From IMG/VR virus record IMGVR_UViG_3300038393_002953: 64,000 nt of DNA; one strand, given 5' to 3'. The notes below the pieces were generated by a model. That model had not been told where the DNA came from, did no database searches, and saw only the letters and a list, made by a program, of their open reading frames with translations. Source of the stretch: an uncultured virus (IMG/VR IMGVR_UViG_3300038393_002953). Lineage: Duplodnaviria > Heunggongvirae > Uroviricota > Caudoviricetes. Positions 9,692 to 19,343 of the stretch are shown piece after piece. Within the stretch, counting starts at the first letter, position 1, and each line of letters opens with the position of its first letter. The translations under genes were made by a program, and so were the position numbers.

Positions 9692-11110
9692 TTATGCGGG
9701 GAGCTGCTGATCGACGGGATGGCCGTTGCGGTAGTAGTAGCGACCGTGGATGTGGATGAAGTCGCCGCCGCAGTTGACCAGCTCCTGCTGGACACCGCCT
9801 TTGAGCGTGTCCAGGTGGAAGATGCCGAAGCCGTTCTGGGCCTGGTCGAGGCCCTCGACGTAGTGGGCGTTGGTCTTCGCCATGCAGCCGGTGACCATCC
9901 ATGTATGGTCGCCGAAGGCGTTCGAGAAGGGAATCAGCCTGGGCTTGTGGACGTGGCCCGAGGTGCCAGAGAGGCCGTACTTGCCCATGTCGAAGTGGTT
10001 CGCGCAGTACATGGGGTTGCCGAGCTGGTCGTAGTAGAAGCGGTAGTTCTTGCGAAGCTCGTTCTCGATGCCCTTCTTGGTGTGCGCCGCGAAGTCGAGG
10101 TCCTCCTTGGCGATCAGGTTGATGCCGTAGTCCTTGATGCCGAACATGTCGGCCAGCGAGAGGCCCATGACGTCGGAGAGCAGGACCTTGAAGTGCGGCG
10201 TCTTGTCGGCCATCACCTTGAGGATGCGCCAGTCGTGGTTGCCGATCACCCAGTCGATCTGGGCGTTGGGGGCCGCCGCGCGGATCGCGCCGAAGATGTG
10301 CTTCTTCTTGAAGTCAGCGCGCTCCTTGATCTTGTAGTTGCGCGGATCGCAGTTCCACCTGCCGAACTCGGCCTGCTCGGAGACGTCGCCGTTCAGCAGC
10401 ACGATGTCCGGCTGCATGTCCTTGATCACCGCGATCGCGACCGATAGCATGAAGGGGTCGCACTCCAGGTCATGAAGGTCCGAGAGGACCACGCCGACCT
10501 TCATGCGACCGCTCTTCTTGTCCATGAACTCGTACTTGTTGGCGTAGGGCAGGACCTCCTTGCGGTAGAAGTCCCGGTAGACGTCGAGGCTGACGTGCTT
10601 CGCGACCGCGCGCTGCATGGCCTGCTGGCCGCGCGAGAGCTTGAGTCCTGACTGGCGCTGGGCCTCCTCGAAGTCGCCGAAGATCGAGCGGACCGTGGTG
10701 AGCGAGTAGCGCCCGTGAGCGCCGTAGAATTCCTCGGAGATCCACTTCGCGGGGTTCGATATCTTCAGGCGCATGATGTCGGCAACCACGTCGTCGAAGG
10801 TCACGTCCGGCTCGTAGGGTTTGCCTTGCTGGTTCAGGATCGAGCGCTGGCGCATGCCGAGCTTCTCGGGCTCCTTGTCGCCGAACATCTCGTTGTAGGG
10901 GATCTGCGGCTGGGGCGCGTCCAGGTAGATCTGGTACAGATTGATGAGCGAGCTGGGCAGCTCGTGAAGCTTGTGGTTGACGTGCGCCGCGCGGAGCGCC
11001 GAGGCCTCGACGCGCAGATCGGCGGCGAGGTTATCGAAGAAGCCTGGCTCGGACTCGTGTTCGCGCAGGTAGGCCGCGAACTCCTCAGCCTGGTGGAACC
11101 GCTTAAGCAT
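9692..11110 (-). CDS. Calcineurin-like metallophosphoesterase with N-terminal putative DNA-binding repeat
   Basis: SDLH, NGD, GNHD and GHVH motifs; EFYGAHGRYSLTTVRSIFGDFEEAQRQSGL resembles the homing-endonuclease-associated repeat. Confidence 0.8.
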   Translation of the reverse strand: MLKRFHQAEEFAAYLREHESEPGFFDNLAADLRVEASALRAAHVNHKLHELPSSLINLYQIYLDAPQPQIPYNEMFGDKEPEKLGMRQRSILNQQGKPYEPDVTFDDVVADIMRLKISNPAKWISEEFYGAHGRYSLTTVRSIFGDFEEAQRQSGLKLSRGQQAMQRAVAKHVSLDVYRDFYRKEVLPYANKYEFMDKKSGRMKVGVVLSDLHDLECDPFMLSVAIAVIKDMQPDIVLLNGDVSEQAEFGRWNCDPRNYKIKERADFKKKHIFGAIRAAAPNAQIDWVIGNHDWRILKVMADKTPHFKVLLSDVMGLSLADMFGIKDYGINLIAKEDLDFAAHTKKGIENELRKNYRFYYDQLGNPMYCANHFDMGKYGLSGTSGHVHKPRLIPFSNAFGDHTWMVTGCMAKTNAHYVEGLDQAQNGFGIFHLDTLKGGVQQELVNCGGDFIHIHGRYYYRNGHPVDQQLPA

Positions 11111-11121
11111 GGGAAAACCCT

Positions 11122-11370
11122 CTAGCGCTTGCTCTTGGTCTTGAAGCCAAGGACAAACAGATCGTCGTCGGTCAGAATGACCTTCTTCCCGCCCGTGATG
11201 AGCGCCTCCATGTCCACCAGCGCGTCATACGAGCCGAGCATCATCGTCTTGATCGCTTCTTCCTCGTTGTCGTTGGCCTCGTCGGCCTTGTCCATGAAGA
11301 ACGCCTTGCGCTTCTCGATCTGGGCCAGCAGGCCCTTCACGTCCTTCTCGGTGACTTCCATCATCGGCAT
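11122..11370 (-). CDS. Hypothetical protein
   Basis: 82-aa ORF, GAGGAG RBS, in operon. Confidence 0.7.
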   Translation of the reverse strand: MPMMEVTEKDVKGLLAQIEKRKAFFMDKADEANDNEEEAIKTMMLGSYDALVDMEALITGGKKVILTDDDLFVLGFKTKSKR

Positions 11371-11376
11371 GTCCGT

Positions 11377-12000
11377 TTACTCCTCGGTCCTGAGCAGGGT
11401 CAGATTCAGCTTTTCCTGGATGTGCGGCCAGTCCTGCTCGAAGTCGAACACGATGAAGGCTCTGCCCGCCTTGTTGTAGATCACGAGCCCGAAGGCGTCC
11501 GATCCATGTTTGTTGGCCTTGGCCTTGCACTCGTCGTACTGGTCCAGCTCGATGGGAGGATGGACCTTGGTCGAGTAGTTCTTGGTGTCGAAGCGGATCT
11601 CGCCGCCGAGCAGGACGTGATCGTCGTCGTTCGCGACCCGTCCCGAGTTGCCGTCCGCCGATCGCGCCGCGTGACGGGCGAAGGCCTTCTCAGCAGAGCG
11701 CTGGAGCGCCTTGTTGGTTCGCTTCTCGCTCTCGGCGGCGAGCTTCAGCCGCCGCTGCTTGTCGTCGCCCCGCACGCCCCTAAGCGCGTCGTCCAGCTTC
11801 TTGCGCGACTTGCCGATCTTCTCGGCGCGCGCCTGGCTCTTGCGCTCGGCCTTCTCGGCGACGCGGATCGGGTGATCCGGCGCGTCGTCCGTGGCCTTGG
11901 CGTAGTGGAGCGCCGCGCCATTGCCGTCGGCCTGGCAGTACCAGCACTTCACGCCGTTGTTGCGGCAGTGTTCGCGCACCGCACAATCGTTATGTTGCAT
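11377..12000 (-). CDS. PD-(D/E)xK nuclease, Holliday-junction-resolvase-like, with Cys-rich N-terminus
   Basis: SGRVANDDD...IRFDTKN pattern; ATG 12000 overlaps the upstream stop (TGATG). Confidence 0.55.
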   Translation of the reverse strand: MQHNDCAVREHCRNNGVKCWYCQADGNGAALHYAKATDDAPDHPIRVAEKAERKSQARAEKIGKSRKKLDDALRGVRGDDKQRRLKLAAESEKRTNKALQRSAEKAFARHAARSADGNSGRVANDDDHVLLGGEIRFDTKNYSTKVHPPIELDQYDECKAKANKHGSDAFGLVIYNKAGRAFIVFDFEQDWPHIQEKLNLTLLRTEE

Positions 12001-12179
12001 CACCAGTGGACCAGGTAGGTGTGGGGCGCGTCTGCCTTGCCGGACGACTTGCACCGCTTGCAGAACCGCTGGAACTTGTCCATGGGCTCCTCCGTGGGGC
12101 AGATGTTGCACTTGCGCATCGTCTGGCCCGGGCGGATGACCACGGGCTTGGGCGGCTTCTTGGCGGTGGCTCTTGGCAA
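12000..12179 (-). CDS. 59-aa zinc-finger protein (absent from ORF track)
   Basis: TTG start after GGAGGAGG; MPRATAKK...CNIC...CKRC...LVHW; translationally coupled to next gene. Confidence 0.7.
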   Translation of the reverse strand: MPRATAKKPPKPVVIRPGQTMRKCNICPTEEPMDKFQRFCKRCKSSGKADAPHTYLVHW

Positions 12180-12223
12180 TTCGTCCTCCTCCCCCAGGCG
12201 TGGGGGGAAGCTGCGTAGGGGTG

Positions 12224-12739
12224 TCAGACGCCGCCTCGGCGGACCAGGGTGTTCTCCATCTCCAGCAGGCGGTTGCAGGTCACGAGCTTCTTGTCGATCG
12301 AGTCGATTCTGGCCTTGAAAGAGTCAACCAGGTACCCGAACGGCGCGGACACGGAGTCCTGTGTCCTCTCTCTGGTGCGGTCCGTCAAGGTCTGCCCATC
12401 GTTAACCTTGCTGACCCAGCCCTGCTTCTTCGAGTTCTCGTACATTCCCCTGAACTCGCCGTACATATTGGCGATGAACTGACGCATCCCGGTAAGTTGG
12501 TCCGCGACCATCTGAACATAAGCGCCATCCTGGGGGAGCTGAAGAGACAAAAGGGTGTCAACGGCCCTCACCCAGTCGTTGTATCCCACCACCCACTCAT
12601 AGGCGGTCTTGTAGATAGTCGGATCCACCTTGGTGGAGGCCAGTGAGGTCGCCATCAAACCCTGGAATGAATCCAGCATGTCTCTTGTTGGGACAGGTGT
12701 ATCCAGTACCCACTGGACGAGAGGTGAGGGCTCGGGCAT
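12224..12739 (-). CDS. Hypothetical helical protein, lower GC than flanks
   Basis: 171-aa ORF with AAGGAG RBS and own promoter. Confidence 0.7.
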   Translation of the reverse strand: MPEPSPLVQWVLDTPVPTRDMLDSFQGLMATSLASTKVDPTIYKTAYEWVVGYNDWVRAVDTLLSLQLPQDGAYVQMVADQLTGMRQFIANMYGEFRGMYENSKKQGWVSKVNDGQTLTDRTRERTQDSVSAPFGYLVDSFKARIDSIDKKLVTCNRLLEMENTLVRRGGV

Positions 12740-12772
12740 GCGCTTCTGTTCGCTCCTTGGGTATCTTCCCTC

Positions 12773-12801
12773 ACTATATCCAAATTATAACGCAGCGTCA
12801 A
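12773..12801 (-). promoter_or_regulatory. Sigma70-type promoter
   Basis: TTGACG-17-TATAGT. Confidence 0.65.
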
Positions 12802-12818
12802 CGCGACTCAATCATAAT

Positions 12819-13475
12819 TTACGAGGCCATTTTCTTGTAGAGGACCGCCAACCCGACGGCGGCGGCGTCGGAGTCGTCGCACACCTTGTCGTTGCCCGGC
12901 TTGGAGAACGGCACGCCGAACTGCTCGGAGAGGACCTGCTTGACCAGGACCTTCGAGGAGATGCCCTCCAGCTCGACCAGCTTGGTCCAGCCCGGGTGAT
13001 TGCGCAACACGAAGGCCTTGGCCTCCTGAGGCGTCACGGAGTAGAACGGCAGGTTCCGCATGACCGCGACCGCCTCGATAGCGCCGAAGCAACGGAAGAG
13101 CAGCGCGGACGAGCCGAAGTTGCGCCCGATAAAGGGCTCCTCCAGCGCGATCGCGGTCGGCTTGGTCTTCTCGATCAGCAGACCGACCTTGGCGATGATC
13201 ACCGGCACGCGCTGATCCGCGTCCAGCTCCTTGCGGTTCTCGTCGCGCGAGACGTCTAGCAGGCCGTAAGCCACCAGCTTGACCATGCCGCCATGGACCT
13301 CCAGTAGCGACCATCCGGTCAGCTTGGAGGACTGATCGAGCGCGAGCAGCCGGGTCCCATCCTCCGGCAGGCGGTAGAGGATGGTCCCCGGCTTCTTCTT
13401 GGGCGTGACCTTGGGCTTCTTCGCGGGCTTAGACGAGGAGCCGGTGGGCGTAGTCTGAGATGCTTTCGAGGGCAT
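12819..13475 (-). CDS. ruvC: RuvC-like Holliday junction resolvase
   Basis: LLALDQS, IALEEP, DDSDAAAVG catalytic pattern. Confidence 0.85.
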   Translation of the reverse strand: MPSKASQTTPTGSSSKPAKKPKVTPKKKPGTILYRLPEDGTRLLALDQSSKLTGWSLLEVHGGMVKLVAYGLLDVSRDENRKELDADQRVPVIIAKVGLLIEKTKPTAIALEEPFIGRNFGSSALLFRCFGAIEAVAVMRNLPFYSVTPQEAKAFVLRNHPGWTKLVELEGISSKVLVKQVLSEQFGVPFSKPGNDKVCDDSDAAAVGLAVLYKKMAS

Positions 13476-14202
13476 GGTCTTCGCTCGTATCGAACTTCGC
13501 CTCGAAGGGGATGAATTTATGTTCAAGCTCCGAGACGTCGTTGTCCATGTGGGGATTGAAGGCGCCGTCGCGCTCGACAAGGCGGGCGCGTCGGACCTCC
13601 TCGGGGACTTCCAGGCGCACGCTCTTCAGACCGAATCCCTGGCAGACCGCCAGGTACTCGTTGAAGAAGCGCATGTCGTCCGAGGCCACGATGCGCACGC
13701 CCTCGGCTTCGAGCGCCGCGAGCTTCTCGCGCACCTTGTCGGCCCAGAACTTGGGATTGCCCCAGGTCGGGTTGGCGAAACAGAAGTCCAGGAGCGCAGC
13801 CTTGCTCAGCTTCTGCCTGACATCGATCATCTCGCACAGCGCGTCCTGATGGATCTTGTTCGCGGTCGCATCCTTGTAAGGAGAAACCCAGCGGCTACGG
13901 GAATCAAGCTCGGGGTTGTGGCTGTCCAGGTACTTGACCAGGACGTCGAAACCCATGTCTTTCAGGACGTCGGAGCGCATGCCCATGCCGAGCGCCTGGA
14001 GGAACTTGCGGTCGGTCTTCTTGTCGATCGGGCGGCCCAGCAGCTTCACCGCCAGCTCCTTGAGCGGCGCGGCGAAGGAGATCATGCGACCCTCGGAGGC
14101 GGGCAGTAGATCCAGGACGACCTTGGCGGCGGTGGTCTTGCCAGAGCCGATCGGGCCGGTGAACGCGATGCCGACGAGGCGGCTGTTGGCGGTGGTGGTC
14201 AT
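13429..14202 (-). CDS. Deoxynucleoside monophosphate kinase
   Basis: GPIGSGKTT P-loop, SFAAPLKE, LQALG, DDMRFFNE. Confidence 0.85.
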   Translation of the reverse strand: MTTTANSRLVGIAFTGPIGSGKTTAAKVVLDLLPASEGRMISFAAPLKELAVKLLGRPIDKKTDRKFLQALGMGMRSDVLKDMGFDVLVKYLDSHNPELDSRSRWVSPYKDATANKIHQDALCEMIDVRQKLSKAALLDFCFANPTWGNPKFWADKVREKLAALEAEGVRIVASDDMRFFNEYLAVCQGFGLKSVRLEVPEEVRRARLVERDGAFNPHMDNDVSELEHKFIPFEAKFDTSEDHALESISDYAHRLLV

Positions 14203-14240
14203 GGCGTTTTCCTCAAACGTTATGGATTGGGGCGGAGGGG

Positions 14241-15329
14241 TCAGCGGGCGCGCATCTCGCGCATGATGCGGGCATTGGCGACACGCACCGAGGAGGCGTA
14301 CTTGTCCGCGCCGATCACGGTGCAGCCGTGGCGCAGCGCGCCGACCAGGTTGGAGCCGGAGCCCGCCATGAAGTCCACGACGACGGCGCCCGGGCGGGCG
14401 ACGCGGGAGACGATGACCTGGCAGGCGTCGGTGTTCTTGACCGTGGGGTGTTCGTTCTTGAGCGGCTGCATGAGCATCTGCTCCCAGTAGCCGATCTCGT
14501 CCTCGAAGAAGAAGTCTCGCCCGTGCTGCTCGACGAGCGGCTTGCGCAGATCCTCGGAGACGTCTGGCCGGAACTCGTAGATCCCGGAGAGGTCGCGATC
14601 CTCGGGGCGCGCCTTGTGCGAGAAGAAGAACTTCGAGAAACCATCGAAGAGCCCGTCCTCGAAGAGCAGGATGCTCGAAGGCAACTTACCCAGCAGCGCG
14701 GGGTCGCCGGTGTAGAAGCCGCCAGAGGTGCCCCACTTGACCATGTTCTCGGCCATGGTCAGGCCCTTCTCCAGGGGCTTGCGCGCGATCACGATCGGCT
14801 CGTAGGCCGGTCGGACGATATTCTTCCAGTCCTCCCAGTCCCCGGCTAGCTCGGGCGCGAGGCGCGCGACGTCCCTGGAGAGGTCGCGCAGCCCGGTGGG
14901 CATGGCGCCGGGGTAGGCGTAGGCCCACTGGTCACGGATCTCGTAACCCGCGTCCTCGATCCCGCATGCCTGGCGATGGACGGTCTTGGTCGCGCAGAAC
15001 GAGACCAGCATTCCCCCAGGTTTGAGGGCGCGCAGGAAGGGCGCGTACTGGCGCTCGATCCAGTCCTGGTACTCGCGGTTGCCCTCGGCGCCACGGTTGT
15101 ACCGGGGCAGCTCGCGGAGTTTCTTCTGCTCCGTGAAGCCGCCCTGGCACTTCGCGATGCCCCATGCCTCGTTGTCGTCGGCGCCGTCGTCGTCGGGGCG
15201 CTGATAGGGCGGGTCCGGGATCAGCAGGTCCACGGAGTTGTCCGGGAGCAGCTCCGCGAGCCGCGCGGCGGGCATGTGGTGGACCGTGTTCGCCAGCTCG
15301 GCGATCGTACGCCGCTGCGGGGTCGTCAT
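14241..15329 (-). CDS. DNA N6-adenine/N4-cytosine methyltransferase (beta class)
   Basis: DPPY near N-terminus; HPTVK and DFMAGSGS near C-terminus. Confidence 0.9.
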   Translation of the reverse strand: MTTPQRRTIAELANTVHHMPAARLAELLPDNSVDLLIPDPPYQRPDDDGADDNEAWGIAKCQGGFTEQKKLRELPRYNRGAEGNREYQDWIERQYAPFLRALKPGGMLVSFCATKTVHRQACGIEDAGYEIRDQWAYAYPGAMPTGLRDLSRDVARLAPELAGDWEDWKNIVRPAYEPIVIARKPLEKGLTMAENMVKWGTSGGFYTGDPALLGKLPSSILLFEDGLFDGFSKFFFSHKARPEDRDLSGIYEFRPDVSEDLRKPLVEQHGRDFFFEDEIGYWEQMLMQPLKNEHPTVKNTDACQVIVSRVARPGAVVVDFMAGSGSNLVGALRHGCTVIGADKYASSVRVANARIMREMRAR

Positions 15330-15356
15330 GGGGCGTTCTTCCTCAAACGTAATGGA

Positions 15357-16274
15357 TTACTGGCGGATCTGCTTGGCCTGCATCTCGGCGATCACCGGGA
15401 AGAGGCGCTGGTATGCGAGCAGCGACACGCCCTTGCGCTCGCTCTTGAAGAACTCGACGAAGGCGATGTTCTGGTCCTCGGGACGGCGCAGGTGCTTCAG
15501 GATCACCGCGAGGCCGTTATCGACCATTATGCCCCGGCTGTCAACCTGGGTCAAGTCGCCGCAGAGGAAGACGCGCGAGCTGTGGTGCAGGCGGGTGATC
15601 AGCGTGTAGGCCTCGTGCGCTGTGAGGTTCTGCGCCTCGTCGATGATGACGATCGAGTTCTCGTGGCTGACGCCGCGCTGGTACTCGACGGCCTCCTCCT
15701 GGATCTTCTCGGTGACGGCCTCCTTGTGCTTGAAGACCTTGTTGAGGTGCTGGGTCATGGAGCGCATCATGGCCTCCATCTTCTCTTTGAGCGTGCCGGG
15801 CAGCGAGCCCAGCGACTTGCCCAGCGAGACGTTCGGCTTGAGCAGCTTGACGCCCTCGTGGAAGTAGCCGTCGTCCACGAGGCTGCCCGCGCAGGTGGTC
15901 GCCAGGAAGGTCTTGCCGGAGCCCGGGATGCCATAGAGGACCACGCACTGGACGCTGTTGTCCATCATCAGCTCCCAGGCGAAGATCTGCTCCAGGCCGA
16001 TCGGCTCGACGCCCATCTCCTTGCGGGGCTTGCTCACGTAGGAGAGGCCCAGGTTGCCCTTCTCGTCGTACTTGCGCACGCGCGCGAGCGTGGGGGCCTT
16101 GGAGTCGGGGTCGAAGACGATCGGGTCGTTGATGTGGTAGGCGGACTGGGCGAGTTCGGCGGGAAAGGGGAAGATCTCGCCCCTCCCGGCGCGCAAGGCG
16201 GCGACGTAGCTCTGGTCCTCGATCTCGACGCCGTGGCGCTGGAGGAAGGTGCGCGGGGTGCTGGGCTGAAGCAT
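15357..16274 (-). CDS. phoH: PhoH-family ATPase
   Basis: GIPGSGKT, LGSLPGTLKEK, IIDEAQN, GDLTQVD. Confidence 0.9.
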   Translation of the reverse strand: MLQPSTPRTFLQRHGVEIEDQSYVAALRAGRGEIFPFPAELAQSAYHINDPIVFDPDSKAPTLARVRKYDEKGNLGLSYVSKPRKEMGVEPIGLEQIFAWELMMDNSVQCVVLYGIPGSGKTFLATTCAGSLVDDGYFHEGVKLLKPNVSLGKSLGSLPGTLKEKMEAMMRSMTQHLNKVFKHKEAVTEKIQEEAVEYQRGVSHENSIVIIDEAQNLTAHEAYTLITRLHHSSRVFLCGDLTQVDSRGIMVDNGLAVILKHLRRPEDQNIAFVEFFKSERKGVSLLAYQRLFPVIAEMQAKQIRQ

Positions 16275-16346
16275 GGATGGGGCTCCCCTGCCGTCTGGCA
16301 AGCGAAGTGTTCCCCCTTGGCGGGGGAGGCGTGGCGATGGGGCGGT

Positions 16347-16739
16347 CTAGCTGACCACGTTCAGGTGGCTCTTGCGGAGGTAGCGCACGATCGCGCGGGC
16401 GTCGTCGCCGTCGATGGTGGCGAAGTTCTTGCCCTGGGCTGCCAGGATGAACGTCTCGTAGGAGAACACCTCGTCCACGAACGAGCCGCTGATCACGGCG
16501 CGGTAGCCGACCGCGACGATCAGGTCCTTCTCGTTCTTGGCGTTTTCGGGCTCGCCGACGTAGAGCGGCGCGTAGACGTAGACCTTGCCATCGATCGGGT
16601 CGGTGCCGACGTTGCCTGACGTGAAGACCTCCTTCTCGCCCTGCGTCAGGACGCGGACGTACTCGGCAGGCTTGCCCTCGCCCGCCTGGATCTTCTCGAC
16701 GATCTCGGCTTGCTGCTCGTGGTAGTTCTGGTTGCTCAT
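16347..16739 (-). CDS. Hypothetical protein
   Basis: 130-aa ORF, GGAGG RBS. Confidence 0.7.
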   Translation of the reverse strand: MSNQNYHEQQAEIVEKIQAGEGKPAEYVRVLTQGEKEVFTSGNVGTDPIDGKVYVYAPLYVGEPENAKNEKDLIVAVGYRAVISGSFVDEVFSYETFILAAQGKNFATIDGDDARAIVRYLRKSHLNVVS

Positions 16740-16791
16740 GAAGCGTTCCTCCCTATGACATGGGCCTTGGGTTCATTGTAACACGAAGAGT

Positions 16792-16811
16792 GCCGCCCGT
16801 TTCGGGGCGGC
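16792..16811 (-). terminator. GC hairpin, probable terminator of the nrdBA transcript
   Basis: GCCGCCC/GGGCGGC stem with GAAA-containing loop on the minus strand. Confidence 0.55.
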
Positions 16812-16916
16812 TCCTCAATCGTTATGAATCGAAATGGTGCGGCATGCTACTGGCACGCCTCGCACATTGCTCGTTTGGCAGACTTGGGTTAGCATGGGAT
16901 CACCCTGGAGGCGATC

Positions 16917-17618
16917 ATGAGACACGACCGCGAGTGTTACACGTACTTGATCGGCTGGACCCGGTTAGGTCTATTTTACTACGGGTCGCGCACTGCGATA
17001 GGCTGCTCGCCCGAAGACCTCTGGGTGCGTTATTTTACGTCGTCCGAGATTGTGAAGAAGGTCCGAAATACCCATGGAGATCCCGACCTAATCCAGGTGC
17101 GCCAGGGTTTTGGTGACGATCGCCTGGCCTGTATTACATGGGAGAATAAGGTGCTGAAGCGTCTCGGGGCCGTAACCCGTGATGACTTTCTTAATCGTGC
17201 CAATGCCTTCGGTGTGACGGGGGACCCTATGGCCGGAGAGCTAAACCCCATGTTTGGTCGGGAGCGACCCGACTCTGCTGAGCGTATGCGGCACAGCAAC
17301 CCTATGCATGATCCTGAAGTGGTAAAGCGTGCATCAGCATCTCTCAGGGGTCGTAAGACCTGGAATAAGGGCATACCGAATGAGGCGGCCCGGGAGAGAA
17401 TGAGGATGCGGAACCCGATGAAAGATCCCGCAGCCCTTCAGAAGAGGCTATCCAAGCGCACGCCAGAAATGAGCGGCAAGGGTCAGGTATGGGTCGCGAA
17501 CGTAGTTACAGGGGAGAGGAAGAGAGTTGCTCCGGCCAGCCTAGCCAACCTCCTGGCTGGAGGCGAATGGATAAAGCTAAGCAACCGCAAGCCTATTCCC
17601 CTGGAACTAGGATTATGA
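16917..17618 (+). mobile_element. Free-standing GIY-YIG-type (Seg-like) homing endonuclease with NUMOD-like repeats
   Basis: YTYLIGW...YYGSR...YFTSS N-terminus; GELNPMFG/SNPM/RNPM repeats; lower GC; antisense to neighbours. Confidence 0.8.
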
Positions 17619-17619
17619 C

Positions 17620-19341
17620 TCACATACAGGCTTCACATTCACCCTTGCTAGCCTGCACGCCAGCCTGGGTGTAGACGTAGTAGAGCCCGAGGATGTTGGG
17701 GTCACGGAAAGCCTGCTCGTGGATCTGCGAGATGTAGGCCTCGTCCTCGTCCGCCGAGAAGAACAGGTTCAGGCTCTGCCACTGGTCGAGGTACTGCGCG
17801 CGGGCCGACGCCAGGCGCAGCACGGCCTCCTGGTTGATCTCGAAGGCGGTCTTGAAGACCTTCTTCTCATGCTCGTCGAGCCAGGTGACGTGCTGGACCG
17901 AGCCCATGGCATCCTTGATGCCCGTGAGCGTCTTCTTGTTGTGGACGCCGCGCTCCTTCATGATCTCCAGCAGGACCGGGTTGACGCGATCGACCTCGCC
18001 CGCCGAGGTCATCTGGGTGTAGACCATGGCCGGGTCGGGGTTGATGCCCTCGGAGACGCCGCCCATCAGGAGCGCCGTGGACTTCGTGGGCGCGATCGCC
18101 AGGCGGTGCGTGTTGCGCAGGCCGGTGCCCTTGCACCACTCGGGCTCGCCGAGCTTGACGGCCATCCAGCGCGAGGCCCGCAGGCTCTCCTGGTCGAGGT
18201 GCTGCGCGATCTGCGTGGAGAGCAGGTGCGCCGGGAACTCCTCGAAGGCCAGGCGCTTGGTCTGGAAGAGCGTGTGCAGGCCGCACTGGCCGAGGCCGAG
18301 CGCATGCCCCTTCTCGGTGAAGCGCACGGCCTTCTCCAGGCCGGGCTCGCCCTTGCCGCGCTCGATGAACTCCATCGCCACGCAGTCGAGGAAGATCGTG
18401 GCCCAGAACACCGCGTCGGTGTCCTTCCACTCGTCCCACTTCGCGACGTTCATGGACGAGAGGACGCAGGTGAAGGTGTGGTCCTTGTCCGCGAAGAGCG
18501 TGATCTCAGTGCAGAGGTTGGACGCCTTCACGAACAGGTCGTGCATGACGTAGGAGAGCGGGCGCTTGCGGTTGATCTTGTCGATGAAGAGCAGGTAGCC
18601 CTTGCCGTGGACCATGCGCAGCTTCATGGCCTTCTGGTAGCGCCGGATCGCGTCCTCGTCGCCGTCGTCCAGGCGCGCGACGAAGGCGTCGGAGATCAGC
18701 CAGCCGACGTTGGTGTCGTCCACCTCGGTCATCACGAAGTCGCAGATCTCGTCGAAGTCGCCGTGATCGATCTCGATGTAGCCCGCCCAGGCGCCGCGCC
18801 GCGCGGTGCCCTGCGCGACCTCGCGCATGTCGCGCACGAAGTGGTGGTAGACGGGCTTGGCGCCGGAGGCCTTGCCGCCCTTGGAGATGAGCGAGCCGCG
18901 CTTGCGGATGCCGCCCAGGTAGCCCGAGGTGCCGAAGCCGTTCTTGGTCAGCAGCGCGGTCTCGCGGTAGCCGTCGTAGAAGCCCGCGATCGAGTCGTCG
19001 ATCACGGAGCCCGAGCAGGAAACGGGCATGCCACGATCGGTGCCCATGTTGGCGAGGACCGGCGTGGAGAACGAGAGCCAGCCCTTCCAGCACAGCTCCA
19101 TGAACTTCTCGTAGGCGAGCGCCTCCAGGTCCTGGCCGTCGTCGAAGGTCAGGCCGCGCAGGTGGCGCGCGGCGGCGCGCGTGATGCGCTCGAACTGCCC
19201 CTTGAGGGAGTCCGTCTGGTAGAGGTACTTCTCCTTGATCATCTGCCACCCGGCGGTGGAGTACCACTCGGGAAGCTTGCCCTCGGCCTGGTGCGCCTTG
19301 CGCTCCTCGGAGAGGCGGTCGTAGATGTTCTTGGCGCTCAT
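17620..19341 (-). CDS. nrdA: Ribonucleotide reductase class Ia alpha subunit
   Basis: STPVLAN, VSC, SNLCTEI, AIAPTKS, LYY and C-terminal CEAC. Confidence 0.95.
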   Translation of the reverse strand: MSAKNIYDRLSEERKAHQAEGKLPEWYSTAGWQMIKEKYLYQTDSLKGQFERITRAAARHLRGLTFDDGQDLEALAYEKFMELCWKGWLSFSTPVLANMGTDRGMPVSCSGSVIDDSIAGFYDGYRETALLTKNGFGTSGYLGGIRKRGSLISKGGKASGAKPVYHHFVRDMREVAQGTARRGAWAGYIEIDHGDFDEICDFVMTEVDDTNVGWLISDAFVARLDDGDEDAIRRYQKAMKLRMVHGKGYLLFIDKINRKRPLSYVMHDLFVKASNLCTEITLFADKDHTFTCVLSSMNVAKWDEWKDTDAVFWATIFLDCVAMEFIERGKGEPGLEKAVRFTEKGHALGLGQCGLHTLFQTKRLAFEEFPAHLLSTQIAQHLDQESLRASRWMAVKLGEPEWCKGTGLRNTHRLAIAPTKSTALLMGGVSEGINPDPAMVYTQMTSAGEVDRVNPVLLEIMKERGVHNKKTLTGIKDAMGSVQHVTWLDEHEKKVFKTAFEINQEAVLRLASARAQYLDQWQSLNLFFSADEDEAYISQIHEQAFRDPNILGLYYVYTQAGVQASKGECEACM

Positions 19342-19343
19342 GG

